A program made the translations under genes and the position numbers. From Andalucia godoyi And28 (taxonomy: Eukaryota > Protista > Jakobida), in the NCBI GenBank assembly GCA_009859145.1, contig VRVR01000054.1, forward strand, positions 1-64,000: a stretch of 64,000 nucleotides of DNA. The letters run 5' to 3'. Positions within the stretch are counted from its first letter, which is position 1. Each line of letters opens with the position of its first letter. The notes beneath the pieces were generated by a model that had not been told where the DNA came from, did no database searches, and was given only the letters and a program-made list of their open reading frames with translations. Positions 63,396 through 64,000 of the stretch are shown here, piece by piece.

Positions 63396-63770
63396 GCGAC
63401 GCTTTTAGAAAAGGAATATGAAGTGGCAATGTATAATTTGACGAATGTTGTTGTTGTGGCTGCTGCTGATGATGATGATGATGATGATGATGATGTTTTT
63501 TTAGTGGTTCGTATTTATTGCTTAGTTGAAATGTAAAGAACAAACATTTGATTTCATAGCGTGTTTGGTTCCGTTGCGACGTGGATCATGCTGTTGCACG
63601 CTGGACTGGTGTGACAGATTGACTGGGACAGATGTCGCCATTCGCCGAAGCCGCCGGTCGGTGCTCGCAGGTACAAGAAGGATACATCATGATGATGCAG
63701 AAGAGTAGGGGAGGGGCAGACGCAAAAGACCGACCGAGTGCGTAACAATCGACCCATGAGGGAAATGCCG

Positions 63771-63998
63771 CTACTTGAGAATTGGAGCTGCGTTGCGGCA
63801 AGTGAGAAGTTCCTTGACTGTGTTTTCAAGGAGGTTTTGGCACATGTCAAACTCATCGACGGATGCATACCGGAGCAGTGTCCGTGGATGTGTATAGCGC
63901 GCTGGGTATCCGGAAAGATCGGATACCTTGGTGATGGGAAGCAGGTTCGGCGGACAGTCGACAGACATGTACGTAACTGCGTGCTGCGGTGCATACGC
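63771..63998 (-). CDS. INO80C: INO80 complex subunit C/Ies6 (YL1_C domain), 3' part only
   Basis: TYMSVDCPPNLLP, SDLSGYPARYTHPRTLLRY, ELLTCRNA. The frame is open to the window edge. Confidence 0.8.
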   Translation of the reverse strand, partial: AYAPQHAVTYMSVDCPPNLLPITKVSDLSGYPARYTHPRTLLRYASVDEFDMCQNLLENTVKELLTCRNAAPILK

Positions 63999-64000
63999 AT

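Overview
Eukaryotic nuclear DNA from a compact, intron-poor genome, probably a protist; the taxon cannot be assigned from sequence alone. It uses the standard code, its introns have GTATGT-type donors, and it carries NDUFA4 and PEX19, implying mitochondria and peroxisomes. The window has two parts. (1) About 1-11,500 is a nested, mostly decayed mobile-element island. It holds a candidate Helitron 3' end, a small acidic ORF, an intact Fic-domain gene, an IS630/Tc1-mariner-like element with inverted repeats and a transposase split at an A_AAA_AAC site, a broken P-loop NTPase gene, and a Helitron RepHel (HUH Rep + Pif1) pseudogene. (2) About 11,900-64,000 is a dense run of roughly 26 host genes: PSMA2, TTBK-like kinase, RBM28, PEX19, PaiB-like, AFG2/SPATA5-like, D-threonine aldolase-like, NTMT1, DUF229-like, NDUFA4, IQCH, PFDN4, a methyltransferase, RPS3, PIGF, an isochorismatase-like membrane protein, STX17, PSMD7, VPS35, R2R3-MYB, GH38 mannosidase, kinesin-3, WEE1, DUF4050-like, INO80C and orphans. 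These are separated by short, microsatellite-rich spacers. The best leads are the Helitron-associated Fic/NTPase cargo module, a possible -1 frameshift in a eukaryotic IS630-like transposase, and a kinesin-3 with a K-Ras-like polybasic CaaX tail and a 7-nt microexon. Family assignments come from motif recognition by eye; no searches were run. No tRNA, rRNA or CRISPR array was recognised.
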